Shown here piece by piece: positions 20,648 to 30,597 of a stretch of 64,000 nucleotides of DNA (position 1 is the stretch's first letter; each line of letters opens with the position of its first letter). The stretch comes from Myxococcota bacterium. GTDB lineage: Bacteria; Myxococcota_A; Bradymonadia; UBA7976; UBA1532. The position numbers and the translations under genes are program-made. The notes under the pieces were generated by a model. The model was not told the DNA's origin and ran no database searches. It worked only from the letters and a program-made list of their open reading frames with translations. Location of the stretch: NCBI GenBank assembly GCA_036337435.1, contig JAYZEG010000063.1, forward strand, positions 37,991-101,990, given 5' to 3'.

Positions 20648-21934
20648 ATGACCCGTACGACCGAGCGAAGCGATGCACTCTTGGCGGCAGCCGAGACCTT
20701 GATGCCTGGCGGCGTGAATAGCCCGGTGCGGGCATTTCGATCCGTCGGTGGAAACCCCCCGTTCATTGCGTCTGCTGAAGGGGCTTACATCACCGATGCC
20801 GATGGCAATCGATACGTTGATTACTGCGGCACGTGGGGGCCCGCAATACTCGGGCATGCTCACCATGAAGTGGTCGACGCCGTTTGTGATGCAGCGCAGC
20901 GCGGCATGAGCTTCGGCGCCCCGTCTGAAGCCGAAGTCGACATGGCGCGCGCCGTGCAAAAACTTTATCCGAGTATTGAGATGATGCGCATGGTTTCCAG
21001 TGGCACCGAAGCCTGCATGTCGGCCATCCGGCTCGCCCGTGGTTTTACCGGTCGTGACGGTATCGTCAAGTTCGAGGGATGTTACCACGGTCATGCGGAC
21101 AGTTTACTTGTGAAGGCTGGCAGCGGTGGGGCAACCTTCGGGGTGCCGGACAGTGCCGGTGTGCCGGCTGACCTGGCTCGGCACACGCACACTGTCGTCT
21201 TTAACGACGTGGATGCATTACGTACACTGCTCGATGATAAAGGCACAGACATTGCCTGCGTCATTCTAGAGGCTGTGACGGGGAATATGGGCGTGATTCG
21301 GCCTTCTAATGACTTCCTCCAATTCTTAGCCACGGTTTCAGAGAAATACGGCACCCTCGTCATCTTTGACGAGGTCATGACCGGTTTTCGTGTTGCCGTA
21401 GGCGGTGCACAGCAGCTGCTTGATTTTAAGCCGGACCTCACGTGTTTAGGCAAAGTGGTCGGTGGGGGCCTACCCGTTGGCGTTTATGGCGGACGGGCCG
21501 ATGTCATGGCCTCTATCTCCCCTCTTGGGCCCGTCTATCAGGCTGGGACTCTGAGTGGAAACCCATTGGCAACGGCCGCCGGGCTGAAGACCCTCGACAT
21601 TCTCAGTAGACCGGGGGTGTTCAACCGGGCTGAGCGGGCAGCCACTCAGCTTGCTGATGGCCTGCGGGTTCTGATCGATGAGCTGGGTATAGACGCTGTG
21701 GTCGAGCAAGTAGGCACCATGATGACCTTGTTTTTCGCCGCCGAAATGCCACAAAATTTCAACGATGTGGCCCGCTGTGATCATGAAAAGTTCGGGCGTT
21801 TTCATCGGGCCATGCTCGACGGTGGAATTTACTTGCCACCCAGTGGCTATGAAGCGTGGTTCATCTCTGCCGCCCATACGGACGCGGAAGTTCAGGCAAC
21901 CCTAAATATCGCTCGCTCAGCGCTTCTGTCGTGA
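20648..21934 (+). CDS. hemL: Glutamate-1-semialdehyde 2,1-aminomutase
   Basis: PGGVNSPVRAF, SGTEACM, GCYHGHAD, FDEVMTGFR, GKVVGGGLP, QAGTLSGNP. Confidence 0.97.
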   Translation: MTRTTERSDALLAAAETLMPGGVNSPVRAFRSVGGNPPFIASAEGAYITDADGNRYVDYCGTWGPAILGHAHHEVVDAVCDAAQRGMSFGAPSEAEVDMARAVQKLYPSIEMMRMVSSGTEACMSAIRLARGFTGRDGIVKFEGCYHGHADSLLVKAGSGGATFGVPDSAGVPADLARHTHTVVFNDVDALRTLLDDKGTDIACVILEAVTGNMGVIRPSNDFLQFLATVSEKYGTLVIFDEVMTGFRVAVGGAQQLLDFKPDLTCLGKVVGGGLPVGVYGGRADVMASISPLGPVYQAGTLSGNPLATAAGLKTLDILSRPGVFNRAERAATQLADGLRVLIDELGIDAVVEQVGTMMTLFFAAEMPQNFNDVARCDHEKFGRFHRAMLDGGIYLPPSGYEAWFISAAHTDAEVQATLNIARSALLS

Positions 21935-22209
21935 GCGAAAACCCACTGGAGCGAAAGGCGCGTGACGTCTATCGGTCCAGCCGCTACGCCAGTATCGGGC
22001 TTGAATTAGGCGTATCTGTGGTCATCGGATTGCTCCTTGGTCGGTGGGTTGAACAACAGTGGGATGTAGCCCCCTGGGGTGTTCTACTTGGAATCAGTTT
22101 GGGCTTCGCGGCGGCAATCCGGTCGATATCGCGCACATTGGCATCACTCGCCAAAGAAAATGACGTGAAAAATAAGCCCGGCGTCAAGAACCAAAACGGC
22201 GACGGATAG
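21931..22209 (+). CDS. atpZ: AtpZ/AtpI-family ATP synthase 'gene 1' protein
   Basis: IGLELGVSVVIGLLLGRWVE...PWGVLLGISLGFAA; GTGA overlap with the hemL stop; position before atpI-atpB. Confidence 0.8.
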   Translation: MSENPLERKARDVYRSSRYASIGLELGVSVVIGLLLGRWVEQQWDVAPWGVLLGISLGFAAAIRSISRTLASLAKENDVKNKPGVKNQNGDG

Positions 22210-22213
22210 ATGG

Positions 22214-22594
22214 ATGCGAGAAATATATAAGCGTTCGTTTTTATTGGGCTTTGCATTGATTCTGGGCAGCCTCTATTTTAGGTCTTGGTCCATTAGTTTA
22301 GGCGTCTCTGCCGGGATTATTTTAGCCATCGTCAATTTGTGGTTGATCCAACGCGCCGTCGGTGGCTTACTCGCCGGCGAACGCGCGTCGATTGGGTGGT
22401 TGTACGTCTTTAAGTTGACCGTCCTGCTCGCGCTTTTGTTTGTGCTGATTGGCGTCCTCGGATTGAACGCAATTGCACTGGTGACCGGCTTTAGCGTTTT
22501 GTTCCTTGTCATCTCGACGGGAGGCGCCAAGGCCATCGGACAAGACGAGCAAGACACCGCCGAAGGTGTCGAGGTGGAGTCAGAACATGGCTGA
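22214..22594 (+). CDS. atpI: ATP synthase subunit I
   Basis: Four TM helices, GxxxGxxxxxxN pattern, directly upstream of atpB. Confidence 0.8.
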   Translation: MREIYKRSFLLGFALILGSLYFRSWSISLGVSAGIILAIVNLWLIQRAVGGLLAGERASIGWLYVFKLTVLLALLFVLIGVLGLNAIALVTGFSVLFLVISTGGAKAIGQDEQDTAEGVEVESEHG

Positions 22595-23381
22595 TGGACA
22601 GCAGATCATACCCGGAGAACACGGGCAGACATGGATGAGTTTTCCCTTCGGCGATTTAGAGAAAAAACTCGCTGACGGCGTCGGAGATTCGTTTCTCTTT
22701 GGCCAGAGGGTGACCGACGTACATCACGTCTCAGTCGGTTTCGTCGTCTTCGTACTCCTCATCCTCGCTGCCTTCAGATTTAGCAGCGCACTCAAAAAGG
22801 ATAGTACAGGCGGTGTCATTCCCGAAGCGCGGTTCAATCTTCGCTCGGTTTTTGAGACCATCCTTGACTATGTGCTAAGCGTGATGACAGGGATTATGGG
22901 CGAGAAAGCCGCTCGGCATTTCCTTCCCTTCATCGGGACGTTCGCATTCTTTATTCTCACGTGTAATCTAATCGGTTTGGTCCCGGGTTTTCTCCCACCG
23001 ACGGACTCATTCAATACCACGGTGCCCTGTGCGGTCCTCGTCTTTTTGGCGACACACATCTATGGCCTCAAAGAAAATGGAATGGAGCACATTAAGCATC
23101 TCATGGGCCCGGTCTGGTGGCTCGCTCCACTGATTTTTGTCATCGAATTTATTGGTCATCTGGCACGCCCAGTGAGCCTGTCGTTACGCTTGGCTGGAAA
23201 TATGATCGGTGATCATAAGGCGGTCAGTATTTTTCTCATGTTGGTCCCCCTCGGCGTGCCGATTGCTTTACTCGGGCTCGGTTTCATTGTCTGCGTGGTG
23301 CAGACCTTGGTTTTCTGCCTTTTGAGTGTGGTCTACATCGGGATGGCCATTGAGCACCACGATCACGCGGAGGCGCACTGA
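22587..23381 (+). CDS. atpB: F0F1 ATP synthase subunit a
   Basis: NLIGLVPGFLPPT, RPVSLSLRLAGNM, VQTLVFCLLSVVYI; ATG 22587 after GGAG. Confidence 0.96.
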   Translation: MADGQQIIPGEHGQTWMSFPFGDLEKKLADGVGDSFLFGQRVTDVHHVSVGFVVFVLLILAAFRFSSALKKDSTGGVIPEARFNLRSVFETILDYVLSVMTGIMGEKAARHFLPFIGTFAFFILTCNLIGLVPGFLPPTDSFNTTVPCAVLVFLATHIYGLKENGMEHIKHLMGPVWWLAPLIFVIEFIGHLARPVSLSLRLAGNMIGDHKAVSIFLMLVPLGVPIALLGLGFIVCVVQTLVFCLLSVVYIGMAIEHHDHAEAH

Positions 23382-23625
23382 GGCGCCGGTAAAAGATTTT
23401 CCCGGCATGGGCGCAGCTCATGCCAGCTCAGCGATTCATCGTCTGATATATCCATCATAGTCTACCTGGGTACGGTGTTGGTAGAGAGAGAGAGGCAAGG
23501 GTCGGCTCGTGAATGGATATCGATGATAATGGAGTGCTGTGGCATTAAAAACGCCGTTTGACGGCACAAACCGGGTGGCTGGCTGTAAACGCTGTACCCG
23601 CCCAATCGATTAGGAGACATGACAC

Positions 23626-23985
23626 ATGAAGGTCGTATCTGCTCTTACATTCTTGTTCGTAACATTCATCGCATTGCCTGCTTTCGCAGGTGACGCATCA
23701 ACTGCAAGTGCCGCCGGTGACTACTTAGGCTACCTTTGCATCGGTGCCGGCCTTGCAATCGGTATTGCCGCTGCTGGTGGCGGTATGGGTCAGGGTCGCG
23801 CTGCTGCTGCTGCACTCGAAGGCATTGCACGTAATCCTGGTGCTGCAGGGAAACTCAACGGTCCAATGATTCTCGGCCTTGCTCTGATCGAATCTTTGGT
23901 CATCTATGCCTTCGTTATCGCAATCCTTCTCGTTTTGAAGGTGCCAGAGGTTGGTGACTTTGTTGCTGCGGTTGCAGGCAAGTAA
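23626..23985 (+). CDS. atpE: F0F1 ATP synthase subunit c with N-terminal extension
   Basis: GxGxG-rich helix, ARNP loop, [18 protein letters not shown]. Confidence 0.96.
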   Translation: MKVVSALTFLFVTFIALPAFAGDASTASAAGDYLGYLCIGAGLAIGIAAAGGGMGQGRAAAAALEGIARNPGAAGKLNGPMILGLALIESLVIYAFVIAILLVLKVPEVGDFVAAVAGK

Positions 23986-24006
23986 GCTACGCGTCCTCGG
24001 ACGATG

Positions 24007-24040
24007 AAAAGGGCCGCGTTTGCGGCCCTTTTTGCTTTTT
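24007..24040 (+). terminator. Rho-independent terminator after atpE
   Basis: AAAAGGGCCGC-GTTT-GCGGCCCTTTT perfect stem followed by T-rich tail. Confidence 0.88.
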
Positions 24041-24067
24041 GGGCCAACTCAGGCCAACTTGGTATTC

Positions 24068-25546
24068 ATGGAAACCAAGGCTCAATCAAATCAATACGCA
24101 CAGACGTCATCTCGGCTGGGTGTGCGTTCTCGCCTGTTAATCGGCCTTGCCATCATCCTGGTGGGGGCGGGCGGTCTTTCCAGCATAATTCTGATCGGGG
24201 CTGCAAGTCAGGAAGCAGAAGAGCAGCTCTTACGCCAGCATCGGCTGAGATTTGACGCCTTAGTTGAGACCATCAGGCACACTCAACCAGCGGGCTTTAA
24301 GCCAAAACTCGAACGGCGGTCTCGCGCTCATGACATGCATGGCCTTGTCGTGGTCGACCATCGATTTAGACCCATCCACGGTTTTGGCGTAGCGAAGCCG
24401 CTCATGCGTGACGTTGTTGCGGCTTCTGCGCAGCAATCAAGCGGTGTGAAGTGGAGACGACACCATTCGGCCAGCGGTGCTGGCCAATATCGCTTTGCAC
24501 AACGGGTCAGAAACGGCGATGGAGTGAATTTGACCATCATTGCCTCATACAGTTTGGATGCGCTTCAAAGCGGCTTTGATCAGCGTCAGCAGATGACTTT
24601 ACTCTACCTATTCTTTGGTTTGGTGACCGTGCTGATGTTTGGTGCATACCTCAGTGGACGTCTCATCGTAGCCCCGATCAAAAAGCTGACGGATCATGTG
24701 TCTAAACCCCATCGCGATGCTGAGTGGCCTTATGAGCTCGACACCATCGGAGGGCCAGATGAGATTCAGCAGTTGGCCAGTGCGTTTGGACATTTGATCC
24801 GCGAGTTAGACCAAAAAAATGAAATCTTGGCCGACAATATGCGGGTGCTCGAACAAACACAGCGCGAACTCCTTCGAGCCGAGAAACTGGCGACACTTGG
24901 CCGCCTATCTGCGGGGGTGGCTCATGAAATCGGCAACCCCCTGGCGTCCATTGTTGGGTTTCTCGACTATTTAAAGTCAGAACCCCAAATCGATGATAAC
25001 TTGCGCGCCGATCTATTGAGGCGCATGGACCGCGAAGTCGAGCGGATTCGATACACTCTGAGGCAACTGCTCGATTTTGGTCGACCAGCACCTGATGAAC
25101 CCATAAATGTGGGGATTCGGGATGTCATCGAGCGTACTCTGGCTTTGCTCAATTACCATAGTCAAATGAAGCATGTGGATGTTTCAATCTCTGGCACCGA
25201 GCAAAGCGTCTACATCGATCCTCATCGATTGTCGCAAGTCTTGACTAATCTGTTCTTGAACGCAGCGTCCGCTATCGACGGGCGCGGGTCCATCGATGTC
25301 GATATCGATCGTGAAGCAGATTTCGTAAAAATAACCGTCCGAGATGATGGTCCCGGTGTTGCACTGGAACTCCGTGATTCGCTTTTCGACCCTTTTGTCT
25401 CAGACAAGCCATCGGGGGTGGGGACTGGCTTAGGTCTGTATGTAGCTCAGCAAATTATCGAGGGGGCTGGAGGTCAGATTTCACTGACAGAGTTGGAGTC
25501 GCCTGGAGCCAGTTTTACAGTGATGTTGCCTTTGGTGACTGGCTGA
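24068..25546 (+). CDS. Membrane sensor histidine kinase (HAMP-HisKA-HATPase)
   Basis: Two TMs, HAMP (PIKKL...DEIQQLA), AGVAHEIGNPL H-box, NLFLNA, DDGPG, GTGLGL. Confidence 0.93.
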   Translation: METKAQSNQYAQTSSRLGVRSRLLIGLAIILVGAGGLSSIILIGAASQEAEEQLLRQHRLRFDALVETIRHTQPAGFKPKLERRSRAHDMHGLVVVDHRFRPIHGFGVAKPLMRDVVAASAQQSSGVKWRRHHSASGAGQYRFAQRVRNGDGVNLTIIASYSLDALQSGFDQRQQMTLLYLFFGLVTVLMFGAYLSGRLIVAPIKKLTDHVSKPHRDAEWPYELDTIGGPDEIQQLASAFGHLIRELDQKNEILADNMRVLEQTQRELLRAEKLATLGRLSAGVAHEIGNPLASIVGFLDYLKSEPQIDDNLRADLLRRMDREVERIRYTLRQLLDFGRPAPDEPINVGIRDVIERTLALLNYHSQMKHVDVSISGTEQSVYIDPHRLSQVLTNLFLNAASAIDGRGSIDVDIDREADFVKITVRDDGPGVALELRDSLFDPFVSDKPSGVGTGLGLYVAQQIIEGAGGQISLTELESPGASFTVMLPLVTG

Positions 25547-25551
25547 TGAGC

Positions 25552-26469
25552 CTATCCGTAGAGGAGTTGAGCGCATTGATTGGCAAACGACCAAAAAAAG
25601 TCATCTCCGAAAAAAAGAGCCTCCAATGCCGCCAAGGATAGGAAGGGACCGTAGGGAATGACCGTTCTGGACGGGTGTCCTTGGTCTGCGTATTTCTCAT
25701 CCTCTCCGAAGTATGCATCTAATTGGTCTGTTGTCGTCGTGAGCGTGTCTTCTGCACCCGTCAGCTTGCTGTACAAGCGAACCAGGAAAACGGCAAGCAA
25801 CGCTTGTACGGAGCTTGCAAAAATCACAAATGCGAGGGGTTTCCAGCCCAGGAAAGCACCGATTAAGGCCATCAATTTGGCATCACCCAGCCCGAGTGCC
25901 TCTCGCTTGAAGATCAACCAGCCGAGGCCAAAGATAGCCAGCATGAATCCTGACCCCACCGCGGCCCCTATCAGGGCTGTCTGACCGCTATACATGGGCA
26001 GCAAAAAGGCACCTCCAATCCCAATCGCTGTACCGGGGATACTCAGTTCATCGGGGATGAAAAAATACTCTAGGTCGATGAAAATGATCACGACCAGTGC
26101 GTAGATAAAGGTCTGTAACCAAATCCAATGAGCGAAGTTGAGCCAAAGGGTCTCGGGGTCGAATGTTTTAAAGACGGCGCGAAATAGCACAAGGCTCATG
26201 ATGCCGCAGGCGCATTCGATAAGCGCATAGCGTGGACTAAACACTGCACCACAGGCTCTGCATCGCCCCCGCAAAATTAGATAACTCAAGCAGGGAATAT
26301 TATCGTACCAGCGGATGGGCACTTCGCATGTGCTACAGCGAGAGCCAGGATTGACCAGAGATATCCCCTCGGGGAGACGATAAATCACGACATTGAGGAA
26401 GCTACCCCAAGCCGTTCCCCAGAAAAACGCGATCAAGAACAAGAGCGTTATGGCTGGGGAGTCTAGCAT
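25552..26469 (-). CDS. pilD: Type IV prepilin peptidase/N-methyltransferase
   Basis: GSFLNVVIYRLP, CxxC...CxxC, FIDLE, LGLGDAKL, PYGPFL. Confidence 0.95.
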   Translation of the reverse strand: MLDSPAITLLFLIAFFWGTAWGSFLNVVIYRLPEGISLVNPGSRCSTCEVPIRWYDNIPCLSYLILRGRCRACGAVFSPRYALIECACGIMSLVLFRAVFKTFDPETLWLNFAHWIWLQTFIYALVVIIFIDLEYFFIPDELSIPGTAIGIGGAFLLPMYSGQTALIGAAVGSGFMLAIFGLGWLIFKREALGLGDAKLMALIGAFLGWKPLAFVIFASSVQALLAVFLVRLYSKLTGAEDTLTTTTDQLDAYFGEDEKYADQGHPSRTVIPYGPFLSLAALEALFFGDDFFWSFANQCAQLLYG

Positions 26470-28940
26470 CACCGGACCTGTATCGAACCAAGCCGAGCGC
26501 GATTTTGTTTATCGCTTGGACCAGATTTGATCTTCATCCGCGTGCTGGACCGATATAGACCTGCATAGAACGTAAACCGAGCGGGTGTGATGGTTCGTTT
26601 GATATTAATCTTATGGATGTCTCGAATCAGATCGCCTTTCTTCCAGTTTCGGGTTGGGAACAGGCCTGCGACCGGATCATGGTCACCGTGTATCCGTTGA
26701 CCGGGCGCATCGATGTGGACAAATACCTTCCAGGTCGACTGGGTCTTTGCTTTCGACTTCCAGAACATATGCAACTCAGCGGGAGACCCACTTTTTGGCT
26801 GTTTGGGCTCAACTTTCCAACCGACCAACTCGATCTTATCCTCGAAGTTAATGTTCACTTTGGTGACACCGTCGGGCAGTTCGTCGATCAAGGCATTGGT
26901 GATGGGATTTTTATCGATCACACCGTCATCTATTTTGTTTGAAACGAGGAAATAACGTGAACCTCGGTCATCGAGAACGGGAAGCGTTCGACCTGTCGCC
27001 CGTCTAAACTCCACGTTTACAGTGGCCAAATCCTTTCTGGGGATCAGCGCAAAGAAACGGTCAGAGCCCTTCGCCAACCTCGCAAATTCGGTGGACGTTT
27101 TTAACTTGGGCAAATCTCGAGAATAAAATGAATTAGTCTGATTCGACAGTCTATAGGTGTACAGTTTCTCATCACCATCAGCGACGTTCTTGTACACGTT
27201 GAGCACCTCTTTTTGGGAGAAGTTGGTACTCAGTTCGCTGGCGATGGGTACATTGAAGAAAACGAGCCAGGACATCAGTACGGTCAACAGTATGAGAGTC
27301 GATATGGGAGCACCTGTCAAACGTCTCATCGTACCGGACACAGTCGACTGGCCATCGATGGTGTCTCGTACCCAAGTTGACGTTCTCGATAAAACACCTT
27401 CTGTTCTGCCTTTCAGCATTTTGGTTCGGATGTAGCAAACCAACCAAATACCAATATAGGCGAGTAGGCCAAACGCCAGGGCGATGACCAACCGTCGAAA
27501 CCAGAATTGTAGATTGCCCCATCCGTCACCGCGCACCAGCGGGTCTAAGGTGGTCCTGCGCTGGAGCAAGAGAATCGGAACAAGAGCCGCCATACCGAAA
27601 ATGGCCAAGTCAAAATAGGGACGCCGACGTAGCGGATAAGCGAAGTACTGAATAAATCCAGCGAGCCAATGGTGAAGCCGTGCTTGGTAAAGCAAAATAT
27701 AGGCGATCAACGCGAAGTTTAAAAAGCGTGCGATTCTCCAATAGGGGAGGTACGCAGGAAATGAGTCGATGGATGTCCCGACAATCGTATCGGCGAGTAA
27801 GCGTGTTTCGTGCTTCAAGTTACTATCGAGTAGGGCCAGAATGATCACGGCGATGACAGCCAGGACGGGATTTGGGTCTTGTTTAGGCATTCGACCTAGA
27901 TAGAGCCCGATGGCAAATGCGGCGGCAGGTGCAGCGAGAAAAATACCAAAATGGCTGTAGCCAGCTCCAAGAGCAGGGGCAATAAAGCCCGCTAATATCC
28001 AAACGAAGAGAACAGCCCCCAGACCGGATTGGTCATTGGATTCTTGCTTGCTCCACAGCAGCGTGAGCAATGCCAATGGCAAGAGGGCTCCAAAGGGGAA
28101 AAGACCGAACCCAATCTGATGGACAAATTCGTTAAAGGATGGGCGGGTTGTCCCTGTTGTTGCATGAATATTATCAGCCCACAGAAAGAGAGACTCCAAG
28201 GCTGCATTGCCGGGCATGTAGATGGAGGCTCGCCACCAGCCCAGCCCGACGACGGTCAGGGCAACAGCCGCTGAGCCCCATCGCAGCGTGGTCGAGCGAG
28301 ACTCTGTACCAAGTCCGTAGCCGGACAAGGTGATGCAGACGGCGATGGGAATGGCCAAAGCCGGGACGCCTCCAGACAGTCCAGACAGTGCAGTCAGCCC
28401 CCAAGCCCCTATCCAAATGAGCCGTCCATGACAAAATCGACTTTGGATGAAGGCGAGACAGGCACATGTGGTTGCGACCAATGTTGTGGACTGGCCCAAG
28501 GCCAACCAATGGTGAAAAGAGAAGAGCGGCAGGCTCAAGAGAATGATGGCACTCCACCAAGTTACGGTCCGGCTTGCAAAGCGACGAACAACCACCATCA
28601 TGAAAAATAAAGTCAGTGCTCCAAAGATGATCCCGGGCAGTCGAAGAGATAATGTGGATACGCCCAGTAACGAGACGCTGCCAGCAACAGGCCAATAAGC
28701 GAATGGCAAGTCAGACACAGCATGGGCCTTGGCATGATTGCCCTGGCCAACATTAACTTCCAACCAACGTCCATTCTCGACCATATGATTGGCGACAGCG
28801 GAGATATTGGCTTCCCAGGGTTCCCATACACCAAATTGTGTCGCCGCAGTTGCGAGGACGCCCAATGCCAAAAGGCCGCCGATTAAAGGGTCCAAGCGCG
28901 CGGGCCATAAGCCACTGTGTGTCTGCTGTTCATCTGTCAT
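26469..28940 (-). CDS. GT-C (ArnT/PMT, GT39-like) membrane glycosyltransferase with C-terminal soluble domain
   Basis: WEPWEA...MVENGRW, PFAYW...SLLGVSTLSLRLP N-terminal pattern, many TMs, C-terminal NFEDKIELVG...WKVFVH...DHDP domain; TGATG overlap with pilD. Confidence 0.75.
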   Translation of the reverse strand: MTDEQQTHSGLWPARLDPLIGGLLALGVLATAATQFGVWEPWEANISAVANHMVENGRWLEVNVGQGNHAKAHAVSDLPFAYWPVAGSVSLLGVSTLSLRLPGIIFGALTLFFMMVVVRRFASRTVTWWSAIILLSLPLFSFHHWLALGQSTTLVATTCACLAFIQSRFCHGRLIWIGAWGLTALSGLSGGVPALAIPIAVCITLSGYGLGTESRSTTLRWGSAAVALTVVGLGWWRASIYMPGNAALESLFLWADNIHATTGTTRPSFNEFVHQIGFGLFPFGALLPLALLTLLWSKQESNDQSGLGAVLFVWILAGFIAPALGAGYSHFGIFLAAPAAAFAIGLYLGRMPKQDPNPVLAVIAVIILALLDSNLKHETRLLADTIVGTSIDSFPAYLPYWRIARFLNFALIAYILLYQARLHHWLAGFIQYFAYPLRRRPYFDLAIFGMAALVPILLLQRRTTLDPLVRGDGWGNLQFWFRRLVIALAFGLLAYIGIWLVCYIRTKMLKGRTEGVLSRTSTWVRDTIDGQSTVSGTMRRLTGAPISTLILLTVLMSWLVFFNVPIASELSTNFSQKEVLNVYKNVADGDEKLYTYRLSNQTNSFYSRDLPKLKTSTEFARLAKGSDRFFALIPRKDLATVNVEFRRATGRTLPVLDDRGSRYFLVSNKIDDGVIDKNPITNALIDELPDGVTKVNINFEDKIELVGWKVEPKQPKSGSPAELHMFWKSKAKTQSTWKVFVHIDAPGQRIHGDHDPVAGLFPTRNWKKGDLIRDIHKINIKRTITPARFTFYAGLYRSSTRMKIKSGPSDKQNRARLGSIQVR

Positions 28941-29100
28941 GTCGCGTAGGGGCTCCAGGGGCGAAAATCCGGCACAACATAGTCCCTTTGGCGCCGTTCG
29001 GCCAGCAAAACAAGCTGTGGGCCGTGCCGGCGCAGCACAGGGTCATAACCCGGCTCAATTTATCGTGAACCGACGGAGAAAATCGGTGTTAGATCTAAAC

Positions 29101-30597
29101 CTAGAATCCCAGTTCAATACAGAGGCCCTCAGGCGTATTTGGAATCTGAAAGCAGGTGAATCCAGGGTGACAGCCGACGAGAAGGTCGGGCGAGAAAATG
29201 TCATCGGGATTGACCTTCCGGCATGAACATGCGGCACTCATCGAGAGCGGGTTTAATGTACAAGTACCACCCGGCGCGCAGACGCCTTCGCCGCCAGGAC
29301 CCGGATCGCAGGTCCCGTCGCGATAAAAACACTGCCCAGTTTGAACGTTACAGTCCATGGTCTCAGCATCTGTACAATCTGCAGCGTTATTACAACCTGG
29401 CTCGCATCGCCCTGTTTGAACGCTACATTGAGAGCCCATCTGGCATGTGAGCCCAGCACAGGGCGCACTCTCGCAGGCAAAGGTATCTAAATTACAGGCT
29501 GAGCGGGCGGGGCAATCTGTGTCATCAAGACATTCGACGCAGCTCCCTTGCAGACAAATGGGTCTGCCACCACATGTTTCACACTGGGAATCATTCCCGC
29601 ATTCGCATGGCTCACTGCCTGTACATGTGTTTGTCGCCTGGTCGCAAAACTCGCCGATGGGGCAAGGCGTGTCATTGCTGCATTCGCCGCACTCACCTGT
29701 CTCGGCGATACACGCAGGCGTGGGATCTTGGCAGCGTCCTCCGCAACTATCGCACCGTCCACCGTTGGGCGCACACACACCGTCTGTGCAGGTATAATCG
29801 GCTGGGCAGACATTGCCGTTGGCGCAGGTCTTTAAGCAGAAATTCCCATTTTGAGTGGGTCGGCAAACATGGTCGTCTGTACAGCTTGAATCGGTCGTGC
29901 ATGCCTCGCAGCTCCCCCGGGGCATCACGCACTGTCCATTGCTCGAATCGCAGGCCAAACCAGCTTCGCAGCGTCGACCAGGACAGACGGTGCAATCATA
30001 ATTTACGGGAACACATTGGCCCAGTTGTTCTAGGCATGTAAAACCCTCTGGACAGGCTTCGAGTCCCTCGCCACAGGCTGTTGTGCAAAAGCTACCCGTG
30101 TTACCGATTGGCGTGCACTCAGCACCGTCGCCCAATGCATCACAATCACGGTCTGTATTACAGGTTTGGCAGAGCCCTTGGTAGCTGGCCCCACCCGCAT
30201 CGGTTTGCCCTACGCCGGCATCCCGCGCACTCATACCCATATCTGTATTGATGACGAGAACATCGGCGGTCACCGTGGGTTCTGGTGCACATGACCATAG
30301 ATACGGACCGTCATCGACGCAGACTTGTCCATCGGGACACGTGAGGATACCGTCCCCGCATTCTCGACGAGAACAACTGTTGGTCGCTTGTACACAGACA
30401 CGGCCCGATCCTGGACATTCTCCCAGGCTTTGGCATGGTTCCGAGACGCATTCTTTTGATTCATCGTCGCAAATTAAGCCTCGGCTGCAATCAGCGTCTG
30501 CATTACAACTCTGAGGCTCATCGTCAGAACAGCCTGTCGCAACAGAGAGCAGAGCACCCAGTAGAATGATGGTCTTTACTGAAAATAAACTACGCAT
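29101..30597 (-). CDS. Cysteine-rich repeat lipoprotein
   Basis: Lipobox VATGC; about 70 further Cys in CxxDxDC/CxxGxxC repeats; DAG/DMG linker. Confidence 0.85.
   Translation of the reverse strand: MRSLFSVKTIILLGALLSVATGCSDDEPQSCNADADCSRGLICDDESKECVSEPCQSLGECPGSGRVCVQATNSCSRRECGDGILTCPDGQVCVDDGPYLWSCAPEPTVTADVLVINTDMGMSARDAGVGQTDAGGASYQGLCQTCNTDRDCDALGDGAECTPIGNTGSFCTTACGEGLEACPEGFTCLEQLGQCVPVNYDCTVCPGRRCEAGLACDSSNGQCVMPRGSCEACTTDSSCTDDHVCRPTQNGNFCLKTCANGNVCPADYTCTDGVCAPNGGRCDSCGGRCQDPTPACIAETGECGECSNDTPCPIGEFCDQATNTCTGSEPCECGNDSQCETCGGRPICLQGSCVECLDDTDCPARSACNLDTFACESAPCAGLTCQMGSQCSVQTGRCEPGCNNAADCTDAETMDCNVQTGQCFYRDGTCDPGPGGEGVCAPGGTCTLNPLSMSAACSCRKVNPDDIFSPDLLVGCHPGFTCFQIPNTPEGLCIELGF

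Noticed and set aside
20354..21094. 246-aa antisense ORF across gyrA/hemL
   Set aside because: Shadow of well-supported plus-strand genes with no recognisable motifs
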